Of a stretch of 64,000 nt of DNA, positions 23,023 to 36,426 are shown in pieces (position 1 is the stretch's first letter; the number at the start of each line of letters is the position of its first letter). Under the pieces are notes generated by a model that saw only the letters and a program-made list of their open reading frames with translations, was not told the DNA's origin and made no database searches. The position numbers were made by a program, and so were the translations under genes. This DNA is from Octopus vulgaris (Eukaryota), in the NCBI GenBank assembly GCA_951406725.2, contig OX597815.1, positions 153,574,001-153,638,000 on the forward strand, in the 5' to 3' direction.

Positions 23023-26000
23023 ATATATAATATATAACAAGTTTAAATACGTATGTTGTGCCCTTTCTCGTGTTTTTCTCTTGTTGGTTTATCTTCTGTT
23101 TCATCCCCGGTGAATGAAGGTCATTTTCTTACGATATTGATCTCCACCCATTTTCCACTTATATTCGTTTTATAATTTTATTCTGTTTAATATTTTTGTT
23201 TCTGTATTTCATTGTGATATGTGCTAATCGGTGAAAATCGATTTCTGTAGCCTTCAGCTTAAACCTTGACGACTTTATTTTTTCTCCCACCAAATAGCTA
23301 TCCGAACTAATGTCAAAAAGCATAATTACTTTAATATATTTTGAGTAAATAAAATTATCACAATTAGGACAGTAAAATATTTGTATTGGACACTCTCACT
23401 TGATAGTTCGGCATCTCATTCCAAAGTAACTGACGCGGACTTACACCCCACCTCCAGGGCTGATGAAATAAATACCTGTAATATGTTTGGATCCATTGTA
23501 GCCTCTGCCTTTCTAGTTTGTTCTTGTGCTTAGCCTAAAAAATATTTTGCTGTCTTATAACTTGGAAAGCTAGAGGTGGTGTTTTTCCTAAAATTTGTTT
23601 CTCTTTATTTCGAGGTTACAAGAAATATTTGCAATATATTTATAAGGAGGTGGGGTGGAGAATAGTTAACATTATTATTTTTTTTATACGCGGATATGAC
23701 TCTTGAAGATTTTTGGCTAAGGAAATGGGAGGTTGTGATGGGCATGTTAGTTCCAAGGACATTAGTGATACAAGGGCATTCGCAAAACCGAAACTGGGTC
23801 GTAGACTGTTTTGTTAATAACTTCCTACTGTTCTAACACTTGCATTCTTTTCAGATATCTTAGCGCTTTGATTATCACCTTTAACCCTTGTATTTTTATA
23901 TGGCTATATGACACCGGACTTTACGTGTCGAGTAATATTTAGTTCCATCGTTCTAAACTAAAAGCCCGATGATGATATCCTCGTACCCTCTCTGGGTTGA
24001 ATAAAATAAGAATCATTAGCACCGTATGAACATTCAGTTGACTAGTTTGCTTGTATCCCAAGACCTTTATGGTAGTCTGTTCATATTTTACCAATTCTCA
24101 GATTAGACCCTAATCCGTTTTCCACGTTAATATTAAGAATGAATTAAAAAATTTATTTATGTAACAGTGTCAATTGAAACAAATGCATTCCAAGGACAGT
24201 TTTATGAATCTTTTTGTTGTTTTACAGACGTTTTGTTACTGTCTTTGTATTCCTGGTAGTTTCTGCCCCTTCAGGATCGATAAAATTAGTTGTATTGTGT
24301 CTCAATAAGTTTCACACTAACTATTCTTTGAAATGGCCGCAAAACGGTGGTGGTAGTGGGTGTGGGGTTAAAAGCAATTGGCTGAATAATATAATTGATC
24401 GATAGTAGTCCTTGTTTTACCAATAAAGCAACAAAGTGTACCACATTGGTATCCCAGAGAAGACAGTGTACTCCACGCCAAGAACAGTTATTTTTCCATC
24501 AGTATGAGACAAACTGACTGGCTCAAGCTCCAGAAGAAATGGTGTAGTGATGGAGGCAAATGCCAACTTCTTCATCCTGTTGATCTCCAGGAACCCTGCT
24601 GGTATTTAAATGACAGGAAAGTCCCATGTAAACCCAAGCAGTCCAGACTTTCCACCCCATTTACTTGAGCATAAATATTATTGTTTATTCTCAGTGTCAC
24701 CATGACAAGTAAGGCAATTGATACATAGTAAATTGTCAACATTAGTTATCAGCAGGGTGTTGAGCATCTGAATTTTTATCCTATGTTTCTAATATGAAAT
24801 ACATGTAATCAATGGATATGTGTGTCGTGTAAAAGGCATTTGTGCTTGTAAGAGGTACCCACTACACACTTGGAGTGGTTGGCGTTAGGATGGACAACCA
24901 GGCCAAAATCAGACTGGAGCCTGGTGCAGGTCTCCGGTCAAATCGTCTAATCCATACAAGTCAGCATGTTCCAGTCAAATCATCTAACCCATACAAGCAT
25001 GCTAAATGATGATGATGATATAATCATTGATCACAGTTTGTTAACTGTCAAATGTAGCTGTTATAGCCATGTCCAATGTAAATACGTGCTCCTGTTCAAA
25101 CTCATACCATTGTTATTTTGAGGATACAGATAGCAGTGTATTGGCCAAATACCACAAGAGCCTTGTGGTATTTCTTCTGATTCTTTATATTCTAAGCTCA
25201 AATCTTACAGATACCAATTTACTGTTCACCCTTTCATGGTCAATAAAATTAAGTACCTTGATCTTTCATCCTTTTGGGGTTGATAAAGATTCAGCCAAAT
25301 ATTTGGGTTGATTTAACCTACATCGGTTGTTCTCAACCATGGTCCATATGACCCTTGATTTTGTTGCTAAAATTTATGTGTGATAAATTGGTTATACTTC
25401 TACAATACACAAAATGTTTTAACTATTTTTAAAATATAATTCATCATCATCGTTTAACGTTTGTTTTCTGTGCTAGCACAGGTTGGACGGTTTAACTGGA
25501 GTCTGGGAAGCCAGGAGGCTGCGCCAGGCTCCAGTCTGATCTGGCAGTGTTTTTACAGCTGGATGCCCTTCCTAATGCCAACCACTCTGTGAGTGTAGTG
25601 GGTGCTTTTTACATGCCACCAGCACAGGTGCCAGAGGAGGCTGGCAAAATATAATTCCTAATAATATTTAATTATAGAAATATTATAGGATTTTTTAAAG
25701 CATTGAATGGCTAGTAGGGTCAAATAGGAATCAAGGCAAGAAATGGTTGAGAACCACTTATCTAAGCATATATCCTCATCTCCATGTATATATGCAGAAC
25801 TGACCACACACTTAAAGTGTGTGGTCAGAACCTAGAATTAGTTTTTTTATTCAAATTATCAAATTTATAATTTCTAATTTTAACTTTTGTCTCCTATAAG
25901 AAGTTCATGTTGTTTCCTATAAGAAGTTCATGCAAAAAGTTGAAAACTACTGTTGTTGGTAGTTTAGCTCTGGACTGGCCCCTGGTCAAAGGCATTCCAG

Positions 26001-29000
26001 CTGTAATCATTCTGTATTTTTCCATGCACATCTTATCTTAAAACCACATCCAGTGGGAACTTTTTTTTTTGACATTGTAATTTGAAAGAGAAATTTGGTT
26101 GCTATTTTTACATTGTCAAATGATCACACAGCAATTGCTTGGTGGTTATTGGGGAGGCAGAACGATCCATTTTCTGGTCAATACTTACATGATATCTGTT
26201 TAATAAAGTGTATTTTGATGAACCTGAAGATGGCTGCTCTCATGCATGGAGGCTATGGTTACTTTTTATTTATCCCTAAGTACTGCTAATAGTGTATGTA
26301 TATGTTAGCAGAGAGAGGAGGTTGGTGTCTTGAGAAAACAAACAGAGAAGGATTATAAAATTTTGCAGTTTCAGAGGGAGTTAAGTGCTCAGTAGAGATA
26401 AATGGAATAGAATGAGTGTTAACTCTTAGGAGATACTGATATGGTTGCTGCCAAACTGAGGATGGCAGAAATATTTTTAGAAGATAAAAAAACTACAAAG
26501 GTTTTTAAATTCTATATCAAAACTATATCTAAATATAAGCAAAGAAAAATATAATATCATAAAATGATGGTCCTCCTGATTGATAATGTTTTTATAACTT
26601 AAGGTTTAATTATGGATATGGGAATATATGAATATCATGGCTTCCATTGCACTTGTGAAGATATTTTTTTATTGTAACTGTAATTGGAGGGAAGCAAATA
26701 GTAAAAGAAAATAGTTTTGAGTAATTTCTTTTCTTCATGGTTCAGTTGAAGAAAAGGCAGCATCCATGATTGGTGGGTGAAAGTTAGCTTCAGACAAGAC
26801 TGAGTTTATCCCATTAGCATTTAATCCAGCCATATCTGGCCCAGATATTCTACTTGTTTTATCCGACCTCTCATACCTCCCCTATGATATCATTCTGAGA
26901 ATATACAAACATTATTGAAAATCTTGAAGCTATAAAATAATGTATGATTAATTCAAAGCAGTGTGACTATATAAACATTACATTTGACAAAGTTATTTGA
27001 ATGCTAAAGAGTTAAATCAAGAACAATGAGTGAAATAAAGGTAGTTTTTTCCCCTTTGGTTATAAATGTTGGTGGTAGCTTCTAGAAAATGTTGAAATAT
27101 AATTCAAGTTGGTAGTTCCATTCATTATACAGTTGGCATATTCACATATATAATGTAGGAAGTTTGAGATATAATGTAATGAAAACCTTTTTAATGTTGT
27201 GATTTGAATGTCTTTTTAACTGAAGCTCAACTATATTAAGTCAGTCAATATATGTGAGCATTTTTAAAAAGCTTATATAATTGAAGAGTACACTGATTAC
27301 AGGTCATGTCATGATTTTATGTATATTTATTAAAATGTATCTTTTTATTTGTTCTTTTCTCTTAAGAAAATACAGACGATTTTCATGAAATTTCATTTTT
27401 TTATTTCACCTTCTTTTTTTTTGTAATAAAATATTGTTAAAATTTGTTTTTAGTTGATGGAGGCCATCAGGCTGTAATATTTGATCGTTTCCGTGGAGTG
27501 CAAGAAAGTGTGATTGGAGAAGGAACTCATTTCCTTATACCATGGGTTCAAAAGCCAATAATTTTTGATTGTCGATCTCGACCCAGAAATGTACCTGTTA
27601 TAACTGGTAGTAAAGGTAAAGATTATGCTTGTTTCCACTAATCTACAACATCCTCATTAGTTTTTATGTATGTTTCCTATACTAAGAAACAGTCAGATCT
27701 GTAGTATTTATATTTTTCTCCAACCTTTGATAATTATTAAATTCTCTTTGAGACTAAGTTCCTTCAGGTCATATCCAGTACAGCTTTGTGTCTTCCTCCT
27801 CTTATTTAATACTTTAATGGCCATCACATCCAAAAGAAGGCTGTCTGACTGATTGGCATAAAGTTGCCCTCAAATATGACCTGACTTTTCTTCCATTACT
27901 GTGGCTTCTGCTCCTTGCTGCTGGCTGTTCTTCTGCCACCTGCACTGATGCACATTCAATTCATATCTCTCCTCCTCTTATAACCCATATTGTGTTCTCT
28001 CCCTTCTCTGTGCCCCACATTTATCACTACACTTAGTCCTTCTTCCCCAGTATATTGACCCTTTGAATTTCCATCCTTGCCAATGTTTTGTTCTGTAACT
28101 GCCAACTTCCAATACAGTAATTACATTTATTGAAGAAACCTAAATTACTGTAGTACTGGACACAGCTGCATTGTAAACTTAAGGAATATTTCTGAGACAG
28201 CTTGGCTTGCTAGAAATAGCAGTCAGTTCTTTAAATTACATCCCATTTTAAAAAGGAAGGAGATATTGGATAATGTGGACTTCCATATACTATCAAAGAA
28301 AGAAAACTGGATGCTGATGACTGGAATGGCTGTAATCATAAGTCTGCTTAATTAAAGCTGACCTACAACAAAACAACACAACACTGCACCCTTTCTGTTA
28401 AACGAACAATTCAACTAAAACTTTGAGTCTTTACCGATGCTTCAGTCCAGATAATCTGACCTTTTATTGTTACAGTCAAAACAGCATTTCAAAAGCCAAA
28501 CCATTTTAAAATTAGAAAATATTTCTTCTCTGAATGTTTGGCTGAACTTCATTGGAATTGGAATATGGTGCACATATTTGGGATGGTACAGGTTTTCACA
28601 GACACAAGCATCATAAACCTTTTTATGAGGCTATTCAAGGAATTGGCAAAGATTCATACATCAAGTAGCATCACTACTAACACTGCAATCCTCATCCTGT
28701 TTCTGCTGTTGTTAAAATAGTTTTTGTTCTTGTTAATTAGTAAGTTGTTTTTCACTTGGTGCACCCAACTCTTATTGTCTTCCATTTTGTGTCTTATCTG
28801 TGTCAAACTTTTAAATAAATACTTTGTCCAGTTTGTTCTCTCTAGAACTGCAAACTTCTATCATTCTTTCCTTGTCCACATTTTCCCATCAGGCATCGAT
28901 ATAAAAAGTTGTGGTTCAACAGCAATCTATTTCATTAGCCTGATGGAATCTGCATTGTCTCTTTGCAGTGGCCATTTTTATTGAACTTTATACTTTTATT

Positions 29001-32000
29001 ACATACTTTTGTTTGTTTGAAGAATATAGTTTGAATTAAATTCTTACATTTTAGCTCAGCCCGCCCACTGAAATACATTCTTATTTGATGTCTTTTCTTT
29101 TTTTTAACCTAGATCTTCAAAATGTCAACATCACATTGAGAATTCTGTTCAGACCAAATATTACATCATTACCTAAGATTTATACAAACCTTGGTGTTGA
29201 CTATGATGAAAGAGTGTTACCATCTATCACAAATGAAGTCTTGAAAGCAATTGTTGTAAGTAACCGTAAGCTGCCTTATATAATACTAATTTCTTAAGTA
29301 GAAGGTTAGGATAGCTAGGTATTTTGCTCAGAGCACAATTCAGCTTAAGCTTATGACAGACTTGGGAACTAAAGGTATAGTGACATCTTGATTCATTACA
29401 CCTTTCTAGAGGGTACATGGCCTAGTGGTTAGGGTGTTGTAGTCATGATTGTGGGATTATGGTTTCAATTCCTGGACAGGGCAGTGCATTGTGTTCTTGA
29501 GCTTAGCATTTCGTCTTATGTTGCTCTGTGATCACTTCAACACCTGTTGTGTGGCACGCCATGCACCAGTTCAGGCAACATCAATTTCACACACACATTT
29601 GATCACTATAAACAAATCATTTGTGCAGATCGTTCAGCAAGAAATTTGCAAAATCATCCGAGAGACTACCATTACACCTCTCTTAAGTATAATAATTTCT
29701 CTTAATCACAATCCTTTTTGTTTTCTGTTTTTTGGTGAAGAAGTTACATAGTTGACTGACATGACTTCAGTATGTTACTTATTTACTATTTGGAGTATGA
29801 AATACTAAGTCAGCCTGATGTAATTTGATCTCAGAAGTGAGACTACCCAATTAAGTCTGATGGGGTTTCTAGCCCACATTTTTGCTCTCTGCCTTTTCTA
29901 TCTTTAACTTTCTAATGCATTGCCATGTATGCACAAAAAAATGAGATATTTATGGTAATTGCAATGATTTATATATTTATTTCTGTTTTAAAGACTTAGT
30001 TAATATGTGATTAAAGTAGTTTTCAATGAGAATTGAAACCAGGTCTTGTAATTAGTCCAATAAGATCTTAGCTGCTACACATTCTCAATTTCTCCATAGA
30101 ATTTAAAATAGGCTTAACAATATTTTTGTTACATTTTCTGTATTGGTCTTAGAATTGTCATATAACTTTTTAGATTTCTTTAGGCCACCATAAAATACAA
30201 ACAATATTACCATTAATAAGTACTTTGAGAATCACAGCTTATTGAAGTAAAAGGATGTTAAACTATAAATGAAAGAGTTAGTAGTTAGAGTATCACTAGC
30301 ACTTTGTTGTGTTTCTGGTAAAGACCCTTAAATCTCAGCTGGCCAGGCCATCTCACTAGTCACCATACAGTTGTAATGTTCAGGTGACAGGCATAATTGA
30401 GGTGACAGGCATGGATTCTCTAAAACTGGGCTGAGTAATATACTTCCTGGGTGGATACTTTAAAGGAAGGTGAGGCTCTATCAGGCTGACCTGTTCTGGA
30501 TGCTACATTTTCTAATGATATCTCAATGACTTAATTGGTTTCCAAACTCTATCATCACCAATAATTATATAAAAAATGTTTATGGTTTAGAAGATACTGA
30601 TCAGTTTGTCGAATATGATAAAGTAATTTTAAATGTGGGTGAAATAACTGAAATACACGTATATCTGAAACCTTTGTCAAACAAAATACAGCATAAGGAT
30701 ATATAATGATTAGTATGATTTAAATGGCCAAGAGTTCAAACCTTACTGTACTAACCAATGTGTTTGTGTTCCTTGGTGTGTACCTCATAATTCTGCTTTT
30801 CTTGATTTTTTCCTGACTCACAAAGCAAGTTCTCCAAATTTACAGTAGTTAAAAATTGGATGGTAAAATAGCCATCGATCCATTTTCTCGCTTCACTATT
30901 CCTGAGAGACAGTGGGGTAGTCCTCAGGCAATCCTACCATAGGGTTCAATCAGGTAACCATCATTCCACTTTCTGGTTGGATTCTTGAATGTGACTGAGA
31001 CTATGGCTATTATCCAGGTGTTTTGTTCTTGGTCTCCTGTTGGTTGGCTCATCTTGAAGAATCTATTTTGCAATTGTTTACTGCAACATAATTACATGTC
31101 CATAGTAATGGAGCTGTAACTTTCTTGAGTGGAGAAACAGTGGCTTGACCTAGAGATATTCCCTGATCTCTGAGCCATACACCCTGCTAAGTAATGTTAC
31201 TCCAGAGATCCTTCAGTTGCTTGTATTTCGTGATCATAGTCTTTCAGTTATTACACAACATTCATGATTAAAGGTGAAAAGAGCTAGAATAAATATCAAA
31301 TAGCAAAAATAAATAAATTATAGTTTTTAGTATTCTATATAGTTTCACCATTTCGTTGTATATATAAAATTTGTCTGTTGAACTTTCCCCTTAAAATTTT
31401 CCCTAATTTTTATTGTTCACTCTTCTTTGCAACAGGCTCAGTTTGATGCAAGTGAACTGATCACTAATCGAGAAGTGGTGTCCATGAGAGTATCTGAAGA
31501 ACTTATAGACCGTGCCAGTGCTTTTGGGTTACTCCTTGATGATATATCTTTGGTCAGTATCTTTTTGTTTCCCCTTTTTTAATATTGAAATTTATGGCTT
31601 GAATGTTAATCAAATTAGCTGCATAAAAAGTCCTAGGTCCTTACTTTAGTGGAGAAAAAATTTATAAGTTTAGGAAGATACCATGTACTCAATATGTTTC
31701 ATTATCAATTGGTAATAAGAATGAAAACTTGTTGGAAGTGGAGAGATTTCACCCAGATCCTTATGAAATAATGTGCAAGATCAACAGATATGGAGTTATT
31801 ATATGCCAGGTCTTTTGAATTCATTTATGCATTCATCAGATGACTTGATTGGCTGTTGTTTGACTCCAGGTCAACTCTGATTGAACAGACCAATGGTCAG
31901 AGATATTTCAGTGCTCTTCACTTATTTTCAAGGTTATTTTATACTTTATTATGCATTTTAATACAGTATGGCGACTTGGCTGGTATTTCTAGCAGTTTCA

Positions 32001-34600
32001 GTGACCATATAGAGGTTCCCTCATTGGTTATTTGTATGTGTGCCCATAATCCTTAGAATAGGTATAGTTGATAAGAGAATAATCTTTAATTCTAATTTTT
32101 CATCATACTTTGAAACAATTAAGAATTGTTTTTCTTTACTCTAAATTGCTCCAGCCAGATGATTCTGGCCATGGTGGTACCCCAGAATGGGGTACCATTA
32201 TCACTGCTGTTGCAGCTCTCAGTGTTTGGTGAGTGGAAGAATTTAGTATTGTTGCCTTCGTGTGTGTTTTACTGTGATGTAGTTTCATCTGGGATATCAC
32301 TCAGTAGAAAATCCTAGAGTTTGAATGTGCTGATATCTATTCTATTTTGATCTCTTAATTTTCACTGGAGCATATTGCCAGAAATTAGTGCCAGATCATC
32401 TATAATCTTCCAGATATAAATTATTACACAACTTTTCCTTCTTTGCTCTAGGGAATTGCTTTAGAGCTTTCAACTCTCTCAATAATTCAGTGACTTCAAA
32501 GAAGCAATCCTCTTGTAGGATTGTTAAAAGGCTTCCAGTTCAGCAGTGAACTTAATGCCAAGAGAGAAACATGGCAGGAAAAACTTATGCCACAAAAATA
32601 TATCTTTCCTATGCCAAATCAGACTGGAGTCTGGTTCAGCTCCTCAGCTTGCCAGCCCTGGTCAAACAGTCCAACCCATGCCAATATGGACAACAGACAG
32701 CCCACTTATGTGTACCTTTCCTTCATTGGACAGTAAACTCTGCTTGTGAAGACCTGTTGAGGCAAGTGAAATCGAAATCAAATTCGATGACTGGCATCCC
32801 ATGCTAGTGGAGTGCTAAGAGCACCATCTAAGGGTGATCGTTGCCAGAGCGGCTAACTGGCTTCCGTGCCGGTGGCACATAAAAAGCACCATTCAAGTGT
32901 GATCATTACCAGCTTCGCCTCACTGGCACGTGAAAAAAACATTTGAGCGAGGTCGTTGCCAGTGCTGCTGGACTGGCTCCTGTGCAGTTGGCATGTAAAA
33001 AACACCATTTGAGCATGGCTGTTGCCATAACCACCTGACTGGCCCTCGTGCCGGTGGCATGTAAAAGTACCCACTACACTCTCAGATTGGTTGGCATCCA
33101 GTTGTAGAAACTCTGCCAGATCAAGATTGGAGCATGGTGCAGCCATCTGGTTCAGTCAAATTGTCCAACCCATGCTAGCATGAAAAGCAGACATTAAACG
33201 ATGATGATGAGGGTGTGTGTGTGCATGTGTATGTATGTATGTATAAAATAACATTTTTGATATTTTGCTTCTATTTGTAGACCCATTTAACTTTTGGAAA
33301 AGAGTTTACTGAAGCTGTAGAATTGAAGCAATGTGCACAACAGGAAGCTGAAAAAGCCAGATATCTAGTCGAGAAGGTATGGAACTGTATCATAATTTTC
33401 ACATTGTTTATTTAAACTTCTATAAACAGTATGTCAGTCTCAATATATGAAGTAACTGTGGAGCTGTCTAAAAGACTCGCTTTAATATTTGTGCAAATAA
33501 TTTGCCTAAAAAGAAATCTAAATACTACAAAAGATGCATGGGCCTATTAGACACAATTCCAATTTTTAACTGTGCATATTCAAGAAAAAGTTTTTATTGC
33601 ATTAAAGCATGTAATATAGTACAAATTTGTATATAGGACTGGTGTGTATGTACAGTTTTTCAATCACTAAAACAATAAAACTAATTTCAGTACATATCTT
33701 TCTACAAGTATCTTAACCTGACGTTTTTGTTGAAATATTTTGCTTGCTAGCTTCACCATTATCCAGTGTTTTAAATCCAGGTTTTGTCCCTGTTAACAAG
33801 GGTGGCTGGGTCTACTTCAATGCCATAGCAACTGAGGTAGGCAGGTGCAGGCCACCCCAACCTTTGGGCTAGCTGGTGCCCATTCTCCTTTGCTATTATT
33901 GTGCAATCCTAGTAGTATGTTACATGTTGCATAAAATCTTTATTCCAACTTATGCGTATATGATAAATCCTTTGGACCATTTCTCTATATTCATTTAGAT
34001 TTTCTACAGATGGATGTCTTTCCTGTTACCATTCCTCATTTGTGTTTGAGTATAGTAATATTTTCCCCATATTGCATGGAAGACTGGGAATGAAAGACAC
34101 TGGCTGAATGACAGCAGCACTCACTCATGACTATTGAATGATGTCAAAACACACATGCTCACTCATTTATGATGGGCTCCTTTCAGTTTCTGTCTACTAA
34201 ATCCACAAGAATGTTGACTATCTTTGAAGTTCTGTCTACAAAATCCAAAGCCATATTAGAAGATATTGCCTAAGGTGCCAACAAATTAGATATTAAATAG
34301 GTTGATGATAATATTATAAAACCATAAAAAGCATAAATTGGTGTATTTGTTTATTTTGTTAAATGTTTTATTTTTTTTATTTAGGCTGAACAAATCCGAC
34401 AGGCTGCTGTTACTAATGCAGAGGGAGACACAAGAGCTGCAGAGTTATTATCTAAAGCATTCACTGAAGCTGGTGATGCTTTAATTGAACTTCGCAAACT
34501 GGAAGCAGCAGAAGATATTGCCAACCAGCTTTCTCGGTCTCGGAATGTCATTTACTTGCCCCAAGGACAAAATACTTTGTTAAATTTACCTTCTATGTGA
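22860..34600 (+). CDS. PHB1: Prohibitin-1, gene span: join(22860-22947,27454-27615,29113-29255,31436-31552,33281-33376,34385-34600), 273 aa
   Basis: Exons of 88+162+143+117+96+216 = 822 nt splice in frame with GT-AG boundaries. SPFH/PHB sequence throughout ([58 protein letters not shown]). Confidence 0.96.
25324..25759. mobile_element. hAT-like MITE interrupted by an RTE tail (25443-25645, minus) that has a 12-bp TSD
   Basis: TIR gttgttctcaaccat / atggttgagaaccac; aaaatataattc duplicated at 25431-25442 and 25646-25657. Confidence 0.7.
27454..27615 (+). CDS. PHB1: Prohibitin-1 coding exon 2 ([13 protein letters not shown]...VITGSK)
   Basis: Acceptor ttttag, donor gtaaag, 162 nt. Confidence 0.95.
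29113..29255 (+). CDS. PHB1: Prohibitin-1 coding exon 3 ([15 protein letters not shown]...VLKAIV)
   Basis: Acceptor cctag, donor gtaagt, 143 nt. Confidence 0.95.
31436..31552 (+). CDS. PHB1: Prohibitin-1 coding exon 4 ([13 protein letters not shown]...LLDDISL)
   Basis: Hand translation; acceptor caacag, donor gtcagt, 117 nt. Confidence 0.95.
32695..33210 (+). mobile_element. RTE 3'-UTR/tail copy in a PHB1 intron (others at 16216-16530, 34950-35383, 42050-42392, 49460-49785, 51598-52050, 57430-57757, 61380-61485)
   Basis: Matches the 3' UTR of the RTE at 41437-42040 and ends in (GAT)n. Confidence 0.8.
33281..33376 (+). CDS. PHB1: Prohibitin-1 coding exon 5 ([32 protein letters not shown])
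   Basis: Hand translation; acceptor ttgtag, donor gtatgg, 96 nt. Confidence 0.95.
34385..34600 (+). CDS. PHB1: Prohibitin-1 last coding exon (AEQIRQAAV...LLNLPSM*)
   Basis: Acceptor tttag, TGA at 34598-34600. Confidence 0.95.
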   Translation, partial: AEQIRQAAVTNAEGDTRAAELLSKAFTEAGDALIELRKLEAAEDIANQLSRSRNVIYLPQGQNTLLNLPSM

Positions 34601-34638
34601 AACTAAAAGCAGATAATAACAATCTTGTAGGATGTGAA

Positions 34639-34679
34639 AATAAATAGCTTAACAGTCATTTTGGATTATGAGAAATAAA
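34639..34679 (+). promoter_or_regulatory. Candidate PHB1 polyadenylation signals
   Basis: AATAAA at 34639-34644 and 34674-34679, followed by GT/T-rich sequence. Confidence 0.55.
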
Positions 34680-35473
34680 ATTCTTGATTCGTTTACCTTT
34701 GTTTGTTTGAAGTTATTGTTTTGGATAAAATGATGTTTTGTAATGAAACAGCCTCATGTTCCAATGGCCACCACTAAAAACTTCATTTTCATATATGGTA
34801 TTTCATGTCACACTATCTGAACTCACCACTATCCCCAGGTCAGACCTAATGAAGCAGAATTATCAAAAGCATTCCAGCAATGACCTCTGTTTTTTTTCAG
34901 ACATGGTGTATTTCTTTTTTTTTAAATCTGTACGGTATGTAGATTATTAACGGCATGTAAAATACACCAATCCAACCGTACGACAGGCACCCATGCCAAC
35001 CCCCTTTGCTTGCGAAGACATGTTGGGGCAAGCGAAATCGAAATCGAATTGAACCAGCCAGGATCCCTGGTCTGGTGGTACGTAAAAAGCACTATCCGAC
35101 TCGTGGCCGATGCCAGCGCCGCCTCGACTGGCTTCCGTGCTGGTGGCACATAAAATACACCAATCCGACCGTGGCCGTTGCCAGCCTCGCCTGGCACCTG
35201 TGCAGGTGGCACGTAAAAAGCACCCACTACACTCACGGAGTGGTTGGCGTTAGGAAGGGCATCCAGCTGTAGAAACATTGCCAGATAAGACTGGAGCCTG
35301 GTGCAGCCTTCTGGCTTCCCAGATCCCCGGTCGAACCGTCCAACCCATGCTAGCATGGAGAACGGACGTTAAACAATGATGATATGTGATATTGTCTTAA
35401 CTGTAATGAAAAGCTGCAAAAATAGTCTGGGGAAAACCTTTGTATATCTCTACCTAACCTCAATGTAAACTCA

Positions 35474-36426
35474 TGAATTTTTAAGTACTCTTTTTTTTTT
35501 TTACAGCAGTGTGCTGTACTTCATTGCTAGACCTATTTTCAGTTAAGCTGAGAGTTAAGTACACAGCTGGGAACAGGATCTGAGCATCTGGCCAGGTTTT
35601 GAATTATCAGCTGTAACTCTCATTGATTAGATAACCTCATATGTCTTTTTTGAATGTGTCAGTTTTCTTTTCATTGTGTAATAATTTAAGAATCTGACAG
35701 GCACAACATTATTTTTAACACAAATGACTTCTTACATTAAAAAGAGAATGGTTGTTCTTGTCTGCAATATTGCCGATTTTCACAATAATTTGACCACAAA
35801 TGAAGATGCTGTAAACATTTGAATAAACAAACCCATTTCTCAATATTTTCTGCTCAAACATTGCAGGACTGAGCTTTTGTCTCATAAGGATGTTAAGAGT
35901 TAAAGGTGTTCCAAGGACTGGATGGTGCTGGTAGTTAAACTGGTTAATGAATAAATTCTGCAATCCCACAATGGGAATGGTCTCTCTGACAGTCTTCCTT
36001 ACTGTTTCCATCACAAGGCATTGGTTAACCTACATCTATGGTAGAAGACATTTACCCATTGGACCAGCCTTGAAACCTCATTGTTGTGAAGTAAACTTTT
36101 GAAACCATCAGTGCTTGTTTACTCTGTGAAAGATGTATTTCTTGTGTGTTTTGTTATGAAGCAAACAATACTGGATCTAGAAGTTCTAGTGCTGGTAGGA
36201 TGTATTTAAGAATCCTCACCCCCTGCACTAAGAGGAGCTGAACACTGCAACCTCTCTGTACTCCTGAATTTTTATGTACTCTTTCTTACAGCAGTGTGCT
36301 GTACTTCATTGTGAGACCTATTTATAATTAAGCTGAGAGTTGGGTACGATTCTGGGAAAAGGATATGAGCATCTGGCCAGATTTTGACACGTCAGCTGCA
36401 ACACTTTAGTTGATTAGATAACCTCA
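35474..36426 (+). repeat. Local direct duplication of a ~165-bp unique segment (35474-35639 and 36265-36426)
   Basis: Shared blocks ttacagcagtgtgctgtacttcattg, ttaagctgagagtt, tgagcatctggccag, ttgattagataacctca. Confidence 0.85.

Noticed and set aside
25800-25828. 29-bp near-perfect palindrome ctgaccacacactt-a-aagtgtgtggtcag
   Set aside because: Too short and isolated for a pre-miRNA; probably a repair or transposon footprint.
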